This document shows, piece after piece, positions 63,050 to 64,000 of a DNA stretch of 64,000 bases (positions are counted from its first letter, which is position 1; every line of letters begins with the position of its first letter). Origin of the DNA: Octopus vulgaris. Its lineage: Eukaryota. The notes below the pieces were generated by a model, which saw only the letters and a list, made by a program, of their open reading frames with translations, did not search any database and was not told the origin of the DNA. Position numbers and translations under genes: made by a program. The DNA is taken from NCBI GenBank assembly GCA_951406725.2, contig OX597834.1, positions 40,734,001 through 40,798,000 of the forward strand, in the 5' to 3' direction.

Positions 63050-64000
63050 TAGAATACAATTATATTGGAATTTAATATGAAAAACAAAAAAAAAAGGAAA
63101 AAAAGGTGGACGCGCACAAATGTTTTCCACAATTTCAAGTTTCGTTTCATAGATATGTAATGTGAGTGGGTATGTACGTGTGCGCGCCCACAAACTATTT
63201 TTTACACATTAAATTCCGATATAATCATATTCTGCATCACCTGAAGTGTATATGTAGAAAATATCCATTTTTCTGAAAATTACAAGAAAACAAAGTCGGG
63301 GATGGGAGCACAATTCTGTTGGTATGACGCATAATATATAATTTAATTATTACTTAAATAATTCAAGTAATTAAAACATTGTATATTGTGAACTTTATTT
63401 CTACTATTATTACATTGCAATGTAAGGCGGTGAACTGGACGAAATGCTAAGCAGTATTTCACCCGTCACTTCATTCTGAGTTCAAATTCCGCCAAGGTCG
63501 ACTTTGACTTTTATCCTTTCGGGGTCGGTAAATTGAGTACCAGTTGATGTAATCGACTACTCCCCTCCCACAAATTGCTGCCATTGTGGCAAAATTTGAG
63601 ACCTTTATTACATAGCCAGCTACTTACCACACAGCCACTCCTGCGCCATTAGTTGAGGTTTGTTTAAACATTGGCATTGCTTTCTGTGGTAAATCTAACT
63701 TTTGCTTCCCTCCTTGCTAAATAAACTAGATGTCTAACTTCTCTTTCAGTTAATAGATATTCCTTGCTCCTCTCTTCCATTCTTTCCTAGGCCTATCTTC
63801 ACTTACTATAGCTTTGTCTATTATACATCTCCAACACTACATCAGCTTCTGCTTGGCCATCTATAGATTTGAGATTTGGTCAACGGCATACATCAGGGTC
63901 TCATGTAAAAATTCCCAGCAGGTCCTATTCTCTTTCCCATACATATCTGAATCGAGATCTGGTTCTTACTCTGAATAAATCACTAGAATATGTTGAGTGA

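Noticed and set aside
63640-64000. Possible minus-strand RTE LINE fragment
   Set aside because: Too degenerate and cut by the window edge to support a call

Overview
AT-rich animal genomic DNA. The tandem single-coding-exon C2H2 zinc-finger (ZNF) genes and the SINE families suggest a coleoid cephalopod, probably Octopus (inference). The window is part of a C2H2-ZNF cluster with four intact genes (8, 11, 15 and 10 fingers), two frameshifted ZNF pseudogenes in a 5.2-kb tandem duplication, and a 13-finger ZNF split by a young CR1-like LINE whose ORF2 is intact. All ZNF genes share a splice acceptor and 5'UTR start, most share a ~30-aa N-terminal leader, and the four intact ones share a 3'UTR motif. 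Long DNA-transposase ORFs with substituted catalytic aspartates sit among them. One is a Tigger/pogo (CENP-B-like) transposase directly behind a paralog of the ZNF promoter/first exon. The other two are intact Merlin (IS1595/ISXO2-like) ORFs upstream of dead ZNF exons. These are the best candidate for an undescribed system: transposases domesticated by taking over ZNF transcription units. The rest is dense with SINEs, MITEs (Merlin-, mariner-, piggyBac- and hAT-like), non-autonomous Helitrons and microsatellites. All alignments and counts were made by eye.
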